From Podarcis liolepis (Eukaryota): a stretch of 64,000 nt of DNA. Position 1 is the first letter of the stretch, and each line of letters begins with the position of its first letter. Positions 1-13,020 of the stretch are shown in pieces. The position numbers and the translations under genes were made by a program. The notes beneath the pieces are model-generated. The model saw nothing but the letters and a program-made list of their open reading frames with translations. It ran no database searches and was not told where the DNA came from. The stretch lies in assembly GCA_965112155.1 (NCBI GenBank), contig OZ218106.1. One strand, 5' to 3'.

Positions 1-1070
1 TCAAAATGAGAAGGAGGAAAGTAGGTATACCATGGGCACAGTTTCTTTAAGATAGTCAGGTTGTTTTGTCGTTCAATGTCTTTCAGGCGCTGGCCTATTA
101 GACTCTTTGCTTTAATGAGGCCCATTGATAGTAGGGACTGTGAGTGCAGACCGCATGTAAGGAGTTTTTGATGCACAGTTTTAAACCACTTGCTTTTGTG
201 AGGGTCTTGCATTACTAACGGCAGTAGACCAGGAGGATTCAGATTAAGACGAAGCCAATAATTAAATGTTCTCTGCCAGGTCCGCGTTTCCACAGATGGA
301 AGGCAGGCCTCGAGTCGTAATGCTGCGTTTGGAACACAGGAGGGGACACCGAGTATCTGCCTTAGAAATTTGGACTGGACAGTTTCAAGACTGGAGCAAT
401 GGTTCCCCGTCCAGATTTGCGCCCCGTACAGTAACTGCGCCAGAGGTTTTGCTTGAAAAACTTCAAGGGCTGCTGGGATGTATCTGCCCCCCTTCGTGTA
501 GAAGAAGCGGGACAGCATCTTGATGCTTTGAGCAGCTTTTTCTTTGGCACATTTTTGATGGACATCCCAGGACCCGGTCGACTGGAAAACGATACCCAGA
601 TATTTGAAGGCTTTGACTTGTTCAATTGTCTGGTTATCCATCCTCCAGCTGTACTGTCTGTGTTTCCTTGCAAAAACCATGATTTTGGTTTTCTGATAGT
701 TTATTGCAAGTTGCTCTCTCCTACAGTATGCTGAGAATTCACCTATGAGCCTATTTAAGCCTATTCTTGTTCGAGATAGGAGTATCGCATCGTCAGCGTA
801 CAAAAGCACTGATATTGCTTTGTCAGCCAGTTTGGGGGCGTGGAAGTCCGGAGATGACAAACAGTTAACCATATCATTGATGTAGATGTTGAATAAAACT
901 GGGGCCAGGATGCAGCCTTGCTTGACCCCCTTACTGACAGGAACTGGTCCTATAAGATGGCCATTTAACGAAGTTCTTACATGCAGCACCGTGTCTTTGT
1001 ATAAACAGCTGATCAGAAATAATAGTCTTTTGTCTATGCTAGAGGTGCTCAATTTATCCCAGAGTGCTTT
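1..1070 (-). mobile_element. 5'-truncated non-LTR retrotransposon (RTE-X-like) ORF2 fragment: RT domain plus C-terminal region, frame open to window edge
   Basis: Manual minus-strand translation: KALWDKL...KGVKQGCILAPVLFNIYINDM...ISVLLYADDAILL (YADD at 789-800)...INYQKTKIMVF...FKYLGIVF...GGRYIPAALEVFQAKPLAQLLYG...QRLKDIERQ. No stop in about 356 codons. Clade assignment is from motif similarity only. Confidence 0.9.
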
Positions 1071-1082
1071 TACAGAAGTAGG

Positions 1083-1582
1083 CAGTGCTTTTTTATGGGG
1101 GTACACAGGGGTACACATACCCCTAAACATTTTGTGAATCTTTGTACTTTTGTCCATTTACTGTATTTATTTTTCCCAATTTGAACTATAAAATGGTGGG
1201 GGTTTTGAGTCAAAATGAGAGTACCCCTAAACCAGGGGTCTGCAACCTTTAAGACAAAAAGAGCCACTTGGACCCGTTTCCGAAGAAAAAAAAATGGGAG
1301 CCGCAAAACCATTGCATGCGCGCCGCTGCCCTCCGATCTGACAGCGGGCGGGAAGGTGACGTCGGGACGGTGCGTGACTAACACACGCACCACCCCCATG
1401 TGACGTCACAGCCAGTACAGCGCCTGCCAGAGTGGGGAGTGTCGGGGCGCACAATGCGCCTCCTCCCCTCGCTAGTATCCGCCCCGGAGCCACGGCAAAG
1501 GTGTAAAAGAGCCACATGTGGCTCCGGAGCCGCGGGTTGCTGACCCCTGCCCTAAACATTTTTTTTTAGAAAAAAAGCATGG
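1083..1582. mobile_element. hAT-type MITE (CAGTGCTTTTTTT...AAAAAAAGCA termini), interrupted by a second MITE
   Basis: Left end cagtgcttttttt at 1083, degenerate right end aaaaaaagcatgg near 1570-1582, internal repeat tacccctaaac. Confidence 0.6.
1233..1549. mobile_element. hAT (Charlie-like) MITE
   Basis: 15-bp TIRs caggggtctgcaacc / ggttgctgacccctg (14/15). Perfect 8-bp TSD ccctaaac at 1225-1232 and 1550-1557. CpG-rich interior. Confidence 0.9.
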
Positions 1583-4500
1583 GAACCCTGATGAATAAGG
1601 GGTTTCTGCCTGTGTAGGATATGTTTCACACATTCAGATTGGCACATACTGGCTTGGTGGTATGGTTGGCTTGCATCATTGTCAAGAAAGCAGGACTAGG
1701 CCTGTGCATCCCTCCCCCAGCCCCTTCACATACCTAAAAAAGACAATAGACACTAAAGGGATTTGGGTTCACCTGGAGCCACTGCAATGGCATGTTGGTA
1801 TGCACCTGATATGTAGTAGTAGAATGTAAGCCATTACAATTGAGCACAGCCTAGCAAGATGGATTTGCATGGGATGCTACTCCAGCACGTATCTGACGAA
1901 GCCCTTCTGTGTGCCACAACTGCCCATTTTGTAAAGAGTTCTCACTGATGGACATTTAAAAGTGGTTCCTTTCTTGGGCATTGCTTCTCCAGTGCTACCT
2001 TCTTTCTGAACACATGCAACATTGAACTGTATATAACAAAGATTCAGCTCTAGTTTACTGGGACACATCTCCTTATATGGTTATATGTCATAGGCCATCA
2101 TTAGGCTTTAATATAATATAGCAAGTTTTCCACATAACATAAATAGGCAAAATGGCCCCAGGCTGCTGATGAACACAGCATTCCTTGCTTCCATTTGAGA
2201 GAGTTCTAACGCATTCGTTGACATATAAAATAAATGTATTTTCTACCACAACAAGCTTGTTTTGTCTTTTTTTCTGCTCGTGTACTTTATGCCGACTGGC
2301 AAAATCATTTCACTGCTCTGTTCAGTCAGTAGTTCATAATTCTTAAAGACAGAGATAGGTTTTCAGGTCATTTCCAGAAGGCAAACAGCAAAGCTAGGGA
2401 AATCAGGATTTCTCGAGGAGGGTTATGTTCTTTTGTGGAGCAGCTTCTCATACTTCAGCACTCATGTAAAGATTTTGAAGATATTGGAAAGTTCCCTTCC
2501 CAAATAATGTGCAATTAATTTTATTCAAGATGAGCTCTTACAAAGGAATAGTATCTGAATGGGGTTTATGTTCAAGACTAATGAGGTTTTCTTTCCTTTT
2601 TCTAAGGAAAAAGAAAAGCATACCAATCAAAATTATAAAACTGCTAAATATGCCTCCATCACAGATTCGGAGTTATAACCATACTAAGTTATTTAAATAA
2701 GAATAGTGAAAGCCCTGGATTTCATTCAGAGGTAAAGAAGAAGGCGGGGGGGGGGGGGCGCGACACTCATCTCAGTCAGAAGTTTGCCAAAAAAAGTTCT
2801 AAGTTAGTCCCAAGGGCTTCATCATGAATATAAATGGACCTCACATTCATTTTCATATTTTGCTCACTTTCAGTTGAAAGATGCTCCCTCTATGTTTTTC
2901 CATGTTAGACTTGTCTCAAACGCCATTCAAAGCATTTTCTCATTTATAAACTGTTTTCTGCCAGTTCTTTCAGTAATTCTACTCCAGTGCCTTTTAGCAC
3001 TGACAGTCAAATGGCATCTACAAAATATTCGGGTCATGTGAGTTTATTCTTCATACTGTAAAGACTAAAGAGTGGTGGTGGAAGGATGATTTTACTTTAT
3101 ATTATATAGGGAAGAGAAGTCACAAGGGTGCTTTTATTTTAGTCTGTATTTTCTTGCTGGTAATACTGCATCACTGTTGAAGAATATGAGTTTTCCATTC
3201 TTTTCCTAATAACAGCAGTTATTTGTTACATCTTTATTACAAAGAACATGATACACCCTCTATTGGTACAGCTGTTTGCTGGGGAGGGATCTGGAGTACA
3301 GGGCTGGTGCAAGACATCAGCTGAAGGTGCATAGTGCCCAATTTATTTTGGCACCTGAGGCTGAAAAGTCAACAGGTGCCTCTCCTTTGGAGATTAAATA
3401 CAACTATCCAGAACCCAAAAATAACAAATTGGGGTAGTCACTTCACTCTGCCTGATGATGGAGCTAGTATGCACAATTAAACTAGCCTTCCCTACTTGGC
3501 TCTGGAAGATGGGTAGAGGGTGGAGAATAGGACTGGGTGCGTCTGGGAGGCATTAATCAGAAATATAACACAAGTAATGGGCTTATGGAAACCTATGGCA
3601 CAAAATGTAGTGATGGACTTCCTAGAAGCATCTGGCTGATCATGGCTAGAGACAGGGTCCAAGAAAGACTCTTTTGCTGGTTGCATACATGCTAACCTGC
3701 TCACAGCACAGTCTGGAACCATTTACATGCATCTTCAACATATTTCTTTCAACCTAGATTTATTCTAGATTCTGCCATCCACAAGGGTGTATGTGGTTAT
3801 TTGATAGGTGTTTGAAACCTCTTTTTTCTTCCTTGGACACATTAGTGTCGTCGTCGTCGTCGTCACCAGAAGGCGCTACAGCTCTCTTTGAGAAGTTTCT
3901 GTGGAGTTTTTGTGTGTAGATTCTGAAGGAGGTGGCTTAAGATTTTAGAGAGTAAAGAAAAAGTTGGGAGACCAGAGGAAGGGTGGGAGAAAGGGACTAT
4001 CCAGAGATGACAGTGAAAAAAGAACAGCTGACCAATGTTTTCACTAATTCCGAAGCCATGGAATAACAGAAGCCAAAGCCATCAGCTACAATCCAACCCA
4101 GGGCTCTGAAATGTCAGCCATATCTAAGGGATCCTCATTGATCAGTAGTGGGTGACTACATTCCCTCCTACTTATATTTCAGTTTTAAATTGCATGTTTA
4201 TTTGAATTGATCCTTTTGCTTCATCCTTCCCCCATCTTTGCTACATATATCCTAGCTGTTGTTGTGGTGGTGGTGGTGGTTGTTTTCCCCATCCAGTTGT
4301 GTGCTCTACTGGCTTTTCATCTACATCTTTTCATGAAACTTGAGGCTGGTACACAGGAGGCATTGCACACTACTTTGAGGCCCCCGCGCCAGTAGGAAAG
4401 TGTTAAATATAAAGTATGCACATACAAAATGTTCCATCCATAATCCACAGATCTTGGATTGTTTAATGCAGTTTATTGTCAGGAGAGAAACAGGTAGAAG

Positions 4501-4719
4501 CAGCGTTCTACTAGTAAGTGAGCATTTTTCACTTTTAAAAAACATCTTCTTCAGTATCCAAAGTTTCATAGTAATGTTTTTGATGGAAGCTGTTTTGGAG
4601 AAATCTACACTACTGCACTACTTTTGTGTATAATGATTAAGGTGAGACCGGTAATTTTTTAAAGAAAGAACACAATCCTATCTAGGCATGCATGTATGTT
4701 CATATATAAATTTTGTTCA

Positions 4720-4885
4720 GCATACGAAAATCCTACTGGATCAGGCCAGTGGTCCATCCTGTTCTCACAATGGCCAAGCAGATACCTATGGGAAGGCAGA
4801 ACACAGTTAACACCACTGATAGCCTTATCCTACATGAATTTGTCTAATCCTCTTTCAAAGTCATCCATTGTATTTGCCATCCATT
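4720..4885 (-). mobile_element. Degenerate CR1 LINE 3' end
   Basis: Minus frame reads MANTMDDFERGLDKFM, resembling the CR1 ORF2 C-terminus, followed by a CR1-type 3' UTR (ctggatcaggccagtggtccatc). Confidence 0.6.
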
Positions 4886-5650
4886 CAACTGAGACATTTG
4901 TGCCTAGACACATGTAAGATTGTTGTTTCAGATTAACATCCTTATGACATCCCTTCACCTGCTCATTGTGATCTTTTGTATTTTCCTTTCCATCTCCACG
5001 CAGGAATGCACATAAACTTTCTATACTATTCCCAAGCATATAACATTTGACACAACTGCTACTCTAATTATAGAAAGCGACTAATCTCACAGCTGTCCTG
5101 CCTTCAGCAAAATGAAACATCAAATACTTCGGTATAGCTCTGGAAACATCTTTTCTGGACAGCCAGGCAATGAGAGAACAAAAAGATCATGTAATGAAAA
5201 CGCCCACTGATTAGAAAAGGATATGGCAATGGCACCTGAGAAACCCTATAATGACACATCCACAATAATAAGTTCATGTACCTACAGCTCCACAATTTCT
5301 GCATGCACTGTAGATATATAGTATGTACATTGAAAATAAAGGGGCAGGATTTAACTGAAGGAATGCAATGGAACTTTCCCTGCTCTCATCTCTCATTTCA
5401 CCCTCCTGCGTTCCTCCAAATTAGCCCTGGAGGTCAGGGTCAGGAGAAACCCTAGAAAAGTGTTCAGGCAGAGTAGAAGGGAGATTCCATTTTGCAAGCA
5501 GAAATGCTTTCTCCGACTGAACAATTATAATAGCATGATGTTGAATTGGAAATGGGGGGGGGGGTAGAGCTACCGAGTGTAACTCTGCTCTCCATTGAAC
5601 ACCTGAGGAATGTCAGTATCGATACTTGTACCCAGTTGGTAATATCTCTG

Positions 5651-6180
5651 GTGGGGGACACATGTTCTTTCTGGGGTAGCTTGTCCACCTTTGGTCCCCA
5701 CCCTACATTGAGCTCTCACCTGTGGCTTTTAGAAGTTGTCAGCATGTGACAGTGGCTGCAACCTGGGGGATTTGACTGGATGGCTAAACCAGGTGAGGGA
5801 AGCTGATGGGTCTCAAACCTTCAATGAGTAAGGGACTTCCCCTGAATGTGAAGACAAGCTTTGGTGGATTGAGCGGACAAGACAAATAGTAGGTCCAACA
5901 GGCAAGAAGGCAGTTTCTTCACGTACTGTAGAGGGAAGTGGGGGCAGAGGGGGCTTGTCCACCTGGGAAGGTAGCCCACCTAGGAGAAGGAAAACCCTGA
6001 TTCTAAAACTCTGTTGCTTTATGGCTATACCCATCCATGAAAAACGCTTTGGGAATAAACCTCAATGAAAAATCTGTACCTGCTGCCTTGCGGGACATCT
6101 TTCAGAGAAGAAAAAGCTAATCTGGGGTGGGGTCCCTAAGATGGTTTGATGGCACCTTCTGGCAAGTTGTTGGACATAAC
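5651..6180 (+). mobile_element. Non-coding interspersed repeat resembling an RTE-clade LINE 5' region (copy 1)
   Basis: Shares ggtccaac..caagaagg..gtttc...cctgggaaggtagccca.ctaggagaa.gaaa.c.ctgattctaaa with 12594-13020. Confidence 0.55.
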
Positions 6181-6599
6181 TTATGAATATTATGACTTCA
6201 TGTGATTCAGTGCTACAGATATTAGAGGAGAGCCCCAGAAAGAATACATTTTATTGTATTTCTTTCTTGAAATGATGATTGAATAATATTGTTCCACTTA
6301 AATTGTCAGAATGTTTTGTCTGTCTGCTATGCTTTGAGACTTGCCAATAAATAATTCAAACTATATGCATCTATATTATGTTCTGTGGCTACAGTGAAGA
6401 GGGTCAATCAACTAACCACTCACACTGAAATCTGTACTCTTGATGGCTTCAAGAACACCTTCCATATTCTCTCCTTTCTCTTTACTTAGAAGTGGTTTAA
6501 ATCTGTTAATCTTTCTAAATGCAGCAAAAGTAAAAGCATGATGAGCAAATATGTTAACTGTGGTATCTCTTAGCTCCTCATTTTTCTAAGGCTTCAATT

Positions 6600-6915
6600 T
6601 TTGACATTTTCACATCATTTTAGTGTAATTTTCCCCCAAAATACCCAATGCATGCAATCTTGCCTGGTATACATTTTTTTCCTGCATGAATATAATGCAT
6701 TTTGTATGCTATGTTCATGACTATATGAATTTTATGCATATTTCACCATAATATTTGTGTATACATTACTTGTTTGGAGAACTGCACTGCAATATTTAGA
6801 GATGTGCAGATATTGAAGAATGTCTGTGTTTTGGATCACAAACTGTTTCGGAAAGTTTGGGTTAGGTAAGTCTGCTTTTGAATGTGAGCTAAATTGAATT
6901 TTGCTCCCATCCCTA
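6600..6915 (-). repeat. Old AT-rich interspersed repeat (TAGGGATGGGAG end), MITE-like; related copies near 11402-11770 (+) and 21950-22150
   Basis: Shared blocks such as aatgcattttgt.tg.ta..tt / aaatgcattatattagg and gaaaactgca.tgcaa..t.taga across three loci. Confidence 0.45.
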
Positions 6916-7085
6916 GTGGTAAAGCAGATATGTATTAGATAGGTGGCAGCCTAAACTTAAGGTCCTTTTGTACTTTACCATTGTGCTTTGAAAGTATTAC
7001 AAAAATGCAGGTAGGAATAATAATAAAAGAACCAGAAACCCATGAGAGTCACCAATGATGTTTCCTTCTGACTGTATTGCTAGGG

Positions 7086-7221
7086 CAGGCTTCCTCAACC
7101 TCGGCTCTCCAGATGTTTTTGGCCTACAACTCCCATGAACCCTAGCTAGCAGGACCAGTGGTCAGGGATGATGGGAATTGTAGTCTCAAAACATCTGGAG
7201 GGCCAAGGTTGAGGAAGCATG
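7086..7221. mobile_element. hAT MITE, almost entirely palindromic
   Basis: Arms caggcttcctcaacctcggctctccagatgtttt..ctacaactcccat / atgggaattgtag..aaaacatctggagggccaaggttgaggaagcatg. Perfect 8-bp TSD tgctaggg (7078-7085, 7222-7229). Confidence 0.9.
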
Positions 7222-9021
7222 TGCTAGGGATTCAAATAGAAGACAAGTGCTAAGTTTGGACAATAGAGATGGGTGTTTTTCTATTTATTTTCAGTAGGTT
7301 TAAAATCATCTGCTGGTAGATTTTTCAGAGATAGAAATCAGAGAGATTGCTGAATGTGTAAGCAGTTGAAAAAGATAATATCTCTATCTCTTATCTACAT
7401 GTTTGAATTCAGTGAATTCTCCCAAAAAACGAAGGTCCACTCCTGGGTTCACATTAAGTTCACATCCAAGCAGTCTTTCTTATCCTTTACTTGTTGCTTC
7501 TCTTATTTAATATATGGAAACCACAGGTGAAGAGGCTTACAAATTTGTTACCAAAAAATATAATCTTGTTATATGGGGCAGTGTATAAATTCAATATTTT
7601 TTTAGAAAAATGCTGTATTGCTTTTTAAAAAAGAAATCATTAGTTGTCTGATTTCAGGTGGAAGCAGCACTGGAAATTGCCATGAAAGCAGCAATGGAAA
7701 CTGCATCTTCAATCATGTTTGTTTCATAAAACACATAGAAGTCACATAGGCCAAACAGAGTGCCAGAATATTATTTTACATAATAATGCTCAACCTTCAT
7801 TTATAAGGAAATCCATTTACGATTGCAGTAAATTTCTGCAGCTTGGAACCAATCAGAAGCATTATGACTTATTAATTTTAATGTAATTCCTTTCACTTTT
7901 GATAAATAATACAGCTGTCTCTTCTCTTTTAATACATATGAAACAGAATTAGGAATTACCGGTATTGCAACATTGCTAGTAAACCCATTCTCTTTAGAAG
8001 ACATTTTTTAAAACAGATTCTTCCTCTCTCTCTTTATACTAGATAATTGCCATTTGAAATACTCCAAGATACAAAAATAATAGTGCTCATTCCCATCCTC
8101 ATATACTTATAATCTTGTAAAATTATATTTAAATTTCAAATTGTAGCATTATTGCAGCACAGTTCCATTCCATAAAGTCAGTAGCTAAACAGTTCATTGT
8201 CTGAGACCCATTAAGTGACGTTGTTGTTTATGGATTAATTGATTTTAATACTTTTCATTTTATGTCTCCCTTTTATCTATTTTTTTAAAAAAGGAAAATG
8301 GCTCATCCACTATTCAAGAGTAATATGGAATAAATGTAATGGATTCAGTGATATATTTGGTGCACTTAAAAAAAGCTGCACCTCATTTCTCTTGGTATTA
8401 TTTGTCTGGGTTTTTATTGCAAATTTTTTAAAAAAAATTCTTGAAGGTTTGGGTATTATCTGGGCATTAGCAAAATGAACTAATGTGGCCCATGTTACAC
8501 CCCACTCCATGTCTACATCTATCTATGAGCACAATATACACAGAGATAGGATTTCAAAAAGTAAAAACCAGGACACCCTGAAAGTTACTGAGTTTTTGTT
8601 TGTTTTTTTAACAAAAACTCCAAAAACATGTGAAAATCAACAACAAACCGCCGCCTTCCAGAAATTCCCTCTGGATATGACTTCTACCTTTGAAATCCTT
8701 GTAATGTCCCTACACACAGAGAATGTGAAATATAATGTTGGATACAAAGAGCTCAGAGTGGAAGGCAAAGTTTCATAAATTCTGCAAATTCACAGAGCAC
8801 AATTACACAGTTCTATAGCTGTTTTCATGCTTTTGCTTGGGTAAGAGATTGCACAATTTGCAACATAGGCAGAACCAGAATGACATTTTTGAATTTAGTT
8901 GTCCTTCTTCATAGAGCACATTCCAAAGAAGAACATCTTTGGATCAGAACAACACGCAATAGAGTCTCTCAGAGATTTGCATCAGCTATAAAGATCTAGT
9001 TTTGCTATAATGATGATGATA

Positions 9022-9140
9022 ATTTTATTATTTATACCCCACCCATCTGGCTGGGTTGCCTGAGTCACTCTGGGCAGCTTCTAACACATATAAAAACATA
9101 ATAAAATATCAAACATAAAAAGCTTCCTGATATAGGGCTA
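9022..9140 (-). mobile_element. L2-type LINE 3' tail
   Basis: tttattatttataccccacccatctggctggg... homologous to 52007-52357. Confidence 0.6.
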
Positions 9141-9815
9141 TCCTGCCATTAACAGTTTTGATGTATTTCTACATATATTTACCGTCTTATAAAACTAGGC
9201 AATGCAAAAACAACAACAGCAACACGGGAAACAAATACCCAAAATGTTCTTCATCTTTTACTTGAGATAAAAATTGTCACTGTACTGTTTTCAAGTGCAC
9301 TAATACCTCATGAGGATTTGGTATCTGCTTTGAAGCATCCCAGCTGCTGAATGTTCTAGAGAATATATCCTAGAAAACAAATCGGCTCTGCATGTCAGTA
9401 AGCTTAGATTTCTCTGTATGGCACGCAAATACTAAAAATGTTTACTTGGTTTCAGTGGAATGTAGACAACCCAGTCATAAAAACTATATTGAGGTAGGGT
9501 GGTATGGACAGGGGATTCCACCATAACAACTAAAACAATATTCATGAGCAATATCAATAAGCTCAATAGCCTTCCTTTGAATTTGAACCTTTTTTGGGTG
9601 TTCCCAGTCCCAAGGAGAAATATCTCTATGCACATGCAGGGGATCTCTTTGAGGTTCTGCTGAAGTCATGGAATATGGTCATTCATGATCCCCACCCGCA
9701 CAGCTATCCCTGTGTATAAGAAGACTGAGAGAGCTCCTTCTGTCCAAGATCCATTAGAGGTCTCAAGGAAGGAATGAAAGGAGACAAATTTTTCTATCCC
9801 TTTCCTCCCTGGCAG

Positions 9816-10197
9816 CAGGGCCGTCTTAAGCATATGTGGCACCAGGGTGCAAGGATCCGCCCGACGCCCCTCACCCCCCAGGTTGCCCAGAATTGTCAAC
9901 CTTTTTTTTTTTTTAGGGAGTTGACACCACACTTATCTCTGCTCAGGAAAAGAAAACAGGAAACATTAGGAGCCCAGTGCAACAAACCAGCCCAAGGTGC
10001 CAATCCCAGGCTCGCTCACCTCCAAACTCGCGGCACAAAGCCATCCGCAGCAGAAGAGCCCACCACAGTGCTCCAACCGACGGGTGGGCTCTTTCCTGGA
10101 CTCTAACTCTCGGGCCCCGGACTCTTGGCCTGGTGCTCCTGAGAGCCTTGCGCCCGGGTGCCCCGTTCCCCTGGTGCCTATGGTTAAGACAGCCCTG
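9816..10197. mobile_element. hAT MITE
   Basis: TIR cagggccgtcttaa / ttaagacagccctg (13/14). 8-bp TSD cctggcag / cctgtcag. Confidence 0.85.
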
Positions 10198-10244
10198 CCT
10201 GTCAGTACCTAAGCTCCCTCACATTCCACTATAGAAGGTCCTCC

Positions 10245-10550
10245 TAATGCAAGATGAAGGGTCCTGTGTGATAGGCAGGATAAAAAGGATCCCTCAGGAT
10301 GGGAGGCTGGGGAAAGAGGGGGAAGCTGCCAGGTGAGAGCTGGGAGGGCTGACGCTTCTGTGTGTGGAATAAGGGTTAAGATATAATTGTGAGAGAGGGC
10401 TTGGTATTTGCTTGCTTGCTTGTTTCTCGTTTTTGTTCTCTTCTTTCTGGTCCCCTTCTAATCTCTCTTCTTTAGATTATTTTGATTTTTATTGTGTTTT
10501 ATGTTGAAAACTTTCAATCAAAAACTGATTATTATTATTTTTTAATAAAA
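10245..10550 (+). mobile_element. L1-like 3' UTR fragment
   Basis: G-rich then T-rich 3' UTR, A-rich tail with aataaa, flanked by direct repeat a(a/g)ggtcctcc (10235-10244, 10551-10560). Confidence 0.5.
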
Positions 10551-12593
10551 AGGGTCCTCCAAGCATTTGAAGTAGATTTTCAGGGGGCACAGAAAGCTGC
10601 AGGATGAAGGAAGAACTGGCAGAAATTGCCTCCCCCTTCCTCTTGCACAAGATTGAGAGTCTGGATCAGACCTATATACATAATATCATGCCTTGAGGAT
10701 TCATTGTTCGGTAGGAGAAGGAAAGATCCAGCTGTGTTCTGGCAGTGCTCCAGTGTTCTTGTATTTCTCAGGCGATGAATTGTAACCTACATGAATACTC
10801 TTATAATTGTTTAGCCGGGCTGTTGTGAAAGCAAGCCCTGCAGGTTGGTCCTTCAGTCACCTCTGCAGAGCTGCCAGCCAATATTAAAGAATACAAAATA
10901 TTGCTTGAAATATCAGTAGAAGAAACAGTGACTTTATCTAAGCCACTTGCCAAGGAACGTGTAGAATAACAATACCAGGTCTGCTTCCATCTGTACCAAC
11001 TGCACCTGAAGGGCTGTCTCTGATACCAGTGTCACTACAGCAGGTTTCCTTATGGATCAAAAGTCTGAAAAACAGTCAAGCAGTTGAGCCAGAGAGGACT
11101 CAGACCATATGTATAAGGAAAGGGGGAGAGGGGAAGCGAAATATCTTCCTTCTCAAATCGCTGTCTCCAGCTCTGACAGTCTCGCAGGAGGCTCACATTT
11201 CAGACTTACTTTTTTTTCTTTTTCTTTTGACAGCTTACCAGCACTGTCACTACCAGTAATAACATGGCCAGGAAGAAACTAGAGCTAGAGTGTATGTTTT
11301 GGAAAATGCCTGGAATCAGAAATAGAATGGGGCACTTAGTAAAGAAAAAAAAAAAAAGCCAGGCCAGGGTTGATTGAAATGAACATAACAGTATAACCTA
11401 TTATGGATGGAGGAGAGATTTTATTTGGTTCACATTTAACAGCCAATTTACATAATTCACACTTTCTGAAACAATGTAGTAACTGAAACACATCTATCCT
11501 TTGAAATTCACGCAGCTGAATTTTCAAGTAATGTGTTTTTTTAAAAAAGAACATGCTAAGGTAAAGTGTGCATCAAAATACATATAAGTAAAAATAACAC
11601 AAAAATGCATTATATTAGGGGAAATGACTGCAAAAATTGTATATAGAAATACGTATCTTAGGAGAAATTCACATTCAAATGCTGATGGATTTTCATAAGC
11701 ACTTCATTTTTGTTTTTGTTTTAAATACAAATTGATATGGAAATGTTGATAAATTATAAAAATGAGAAACAAAATGGTTGAATCCATTAAAATAATGAAA
11801 CATGGAATTAAAACACACCTCATAGCAACCCCCTCTCATTTAAATCCAGAAAATACATCCATTATGAATTATTGTATTGAAATTGTCAAGTCTACAAGGA
11901 GGGCAGCTTAAGGCCTAAGGAGCAATTTAGATAATGTCCTCCATTTTCAACTGAGCTGAAACATATGCTGCCATTTTCAACATGATTATTATTTCACATC
12001 TATTCCCTGAAATGCCTGCCGAGCCTTCTGCAGTAGCTGCCACTTGTACCTGACATCTGTTGCTTCTTTCCACATAGACATCTCAAAGTCTTCCTCTCTG
12101 TCATGTCTGTGCCCAAATTGCCACTTGTCACTTACATGCGTGAGAGAGGTGAGATCAAATATTCTTCCTGAAGCCAGTGACTGTAACAGCATCTGCTGTG
12201 TCACAAGATGAAGTACAAAAGCAGTCAATCTCACATAAATAAACAAAAATTATTCATTTATTTGGATATGATCCCAAGATATTTTTAATCAACTCATAAC
12301 TGTGGAGTCTCTAATGAGTGGGGAAACTTTACTGTAGTAGGATGTGTGTCAAATTTTTAATATGATGGTAGCTTGTGTCAAAAATTACACACAACTTCTC
12401 CTCTAAGTTCCACTTTAGAATGTAAGAAGAACCTCTGAGAAGCAAACCAGAATTATTCTTCCAGATGTTTTTGGATATTCTATGAAGCCAACATCCTTCC
12501 TTTTTAGTTTGTTCCTCACATTAGAAGTCTATAACTTCTAAAGATGACGTTTCTACTTCAATCAGATGTCCTTTTCGTAAGGATGCACTAACA

Positions 12594-13020
12594 GTGGGTC
12601 CAACGGTCAAGAAGGTGGTTTCTGCACATGCTGCAGAGGGAAATGAGAGGCAGATGGGGCCTGTCAACATGGGAAGGTAGCCCATGTAGGAGAATGAAAC
12701 CTCTGATTCTAAACCTCTGCTGCATTGTAGGATATCTTTGGGAAAAGAAAAGACAAAGGAGTAAACCCTACAAAATCTGGAGTGGAATTCCTAAGATGGT
12801 TGGAAGCTGCCTTGTATGTCTCCTTCTGGTAACTCCTTCAGTCAAGTTGGTGCCAAACACATTGCTCTGCTTTTCTTTGGACCACATTAGGGAGGGCAGC
12901 CCAGGACCTCCACAGGCTTGCACCCTGGTGTGGTCACTTTGGTGCTGCTAATACAGCAGTTTGACTTCATCCCCGGATGTGCACTCCATTGTCTCTCAAG
13001 ACAGATAGATGCCAGCAACT
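12594..13020 (+). mobile_element. Non-coding RTE-like repeat (copy 2, includes apparent 3' end)
   Basis: Homologous to 5890-6170 and ends in gacagatagatgccagcaac. Confidence 0.55.

Noticed and set aside
3863-3878. CTCF-like motif tcaccagaaggcgcta (others near 36143-36158 and 38903-38918)
   Set aside because: Each mismatches core positions, and such matches are expected by chance in 64 kb without ChIP data.
7645-7730. Possible terminal exon (ttcag|VEAALEIAMKAAMETASSIMFVS*)
   Set aside because: Short, no recognisable protein, no partner exons, and compatible with chance.
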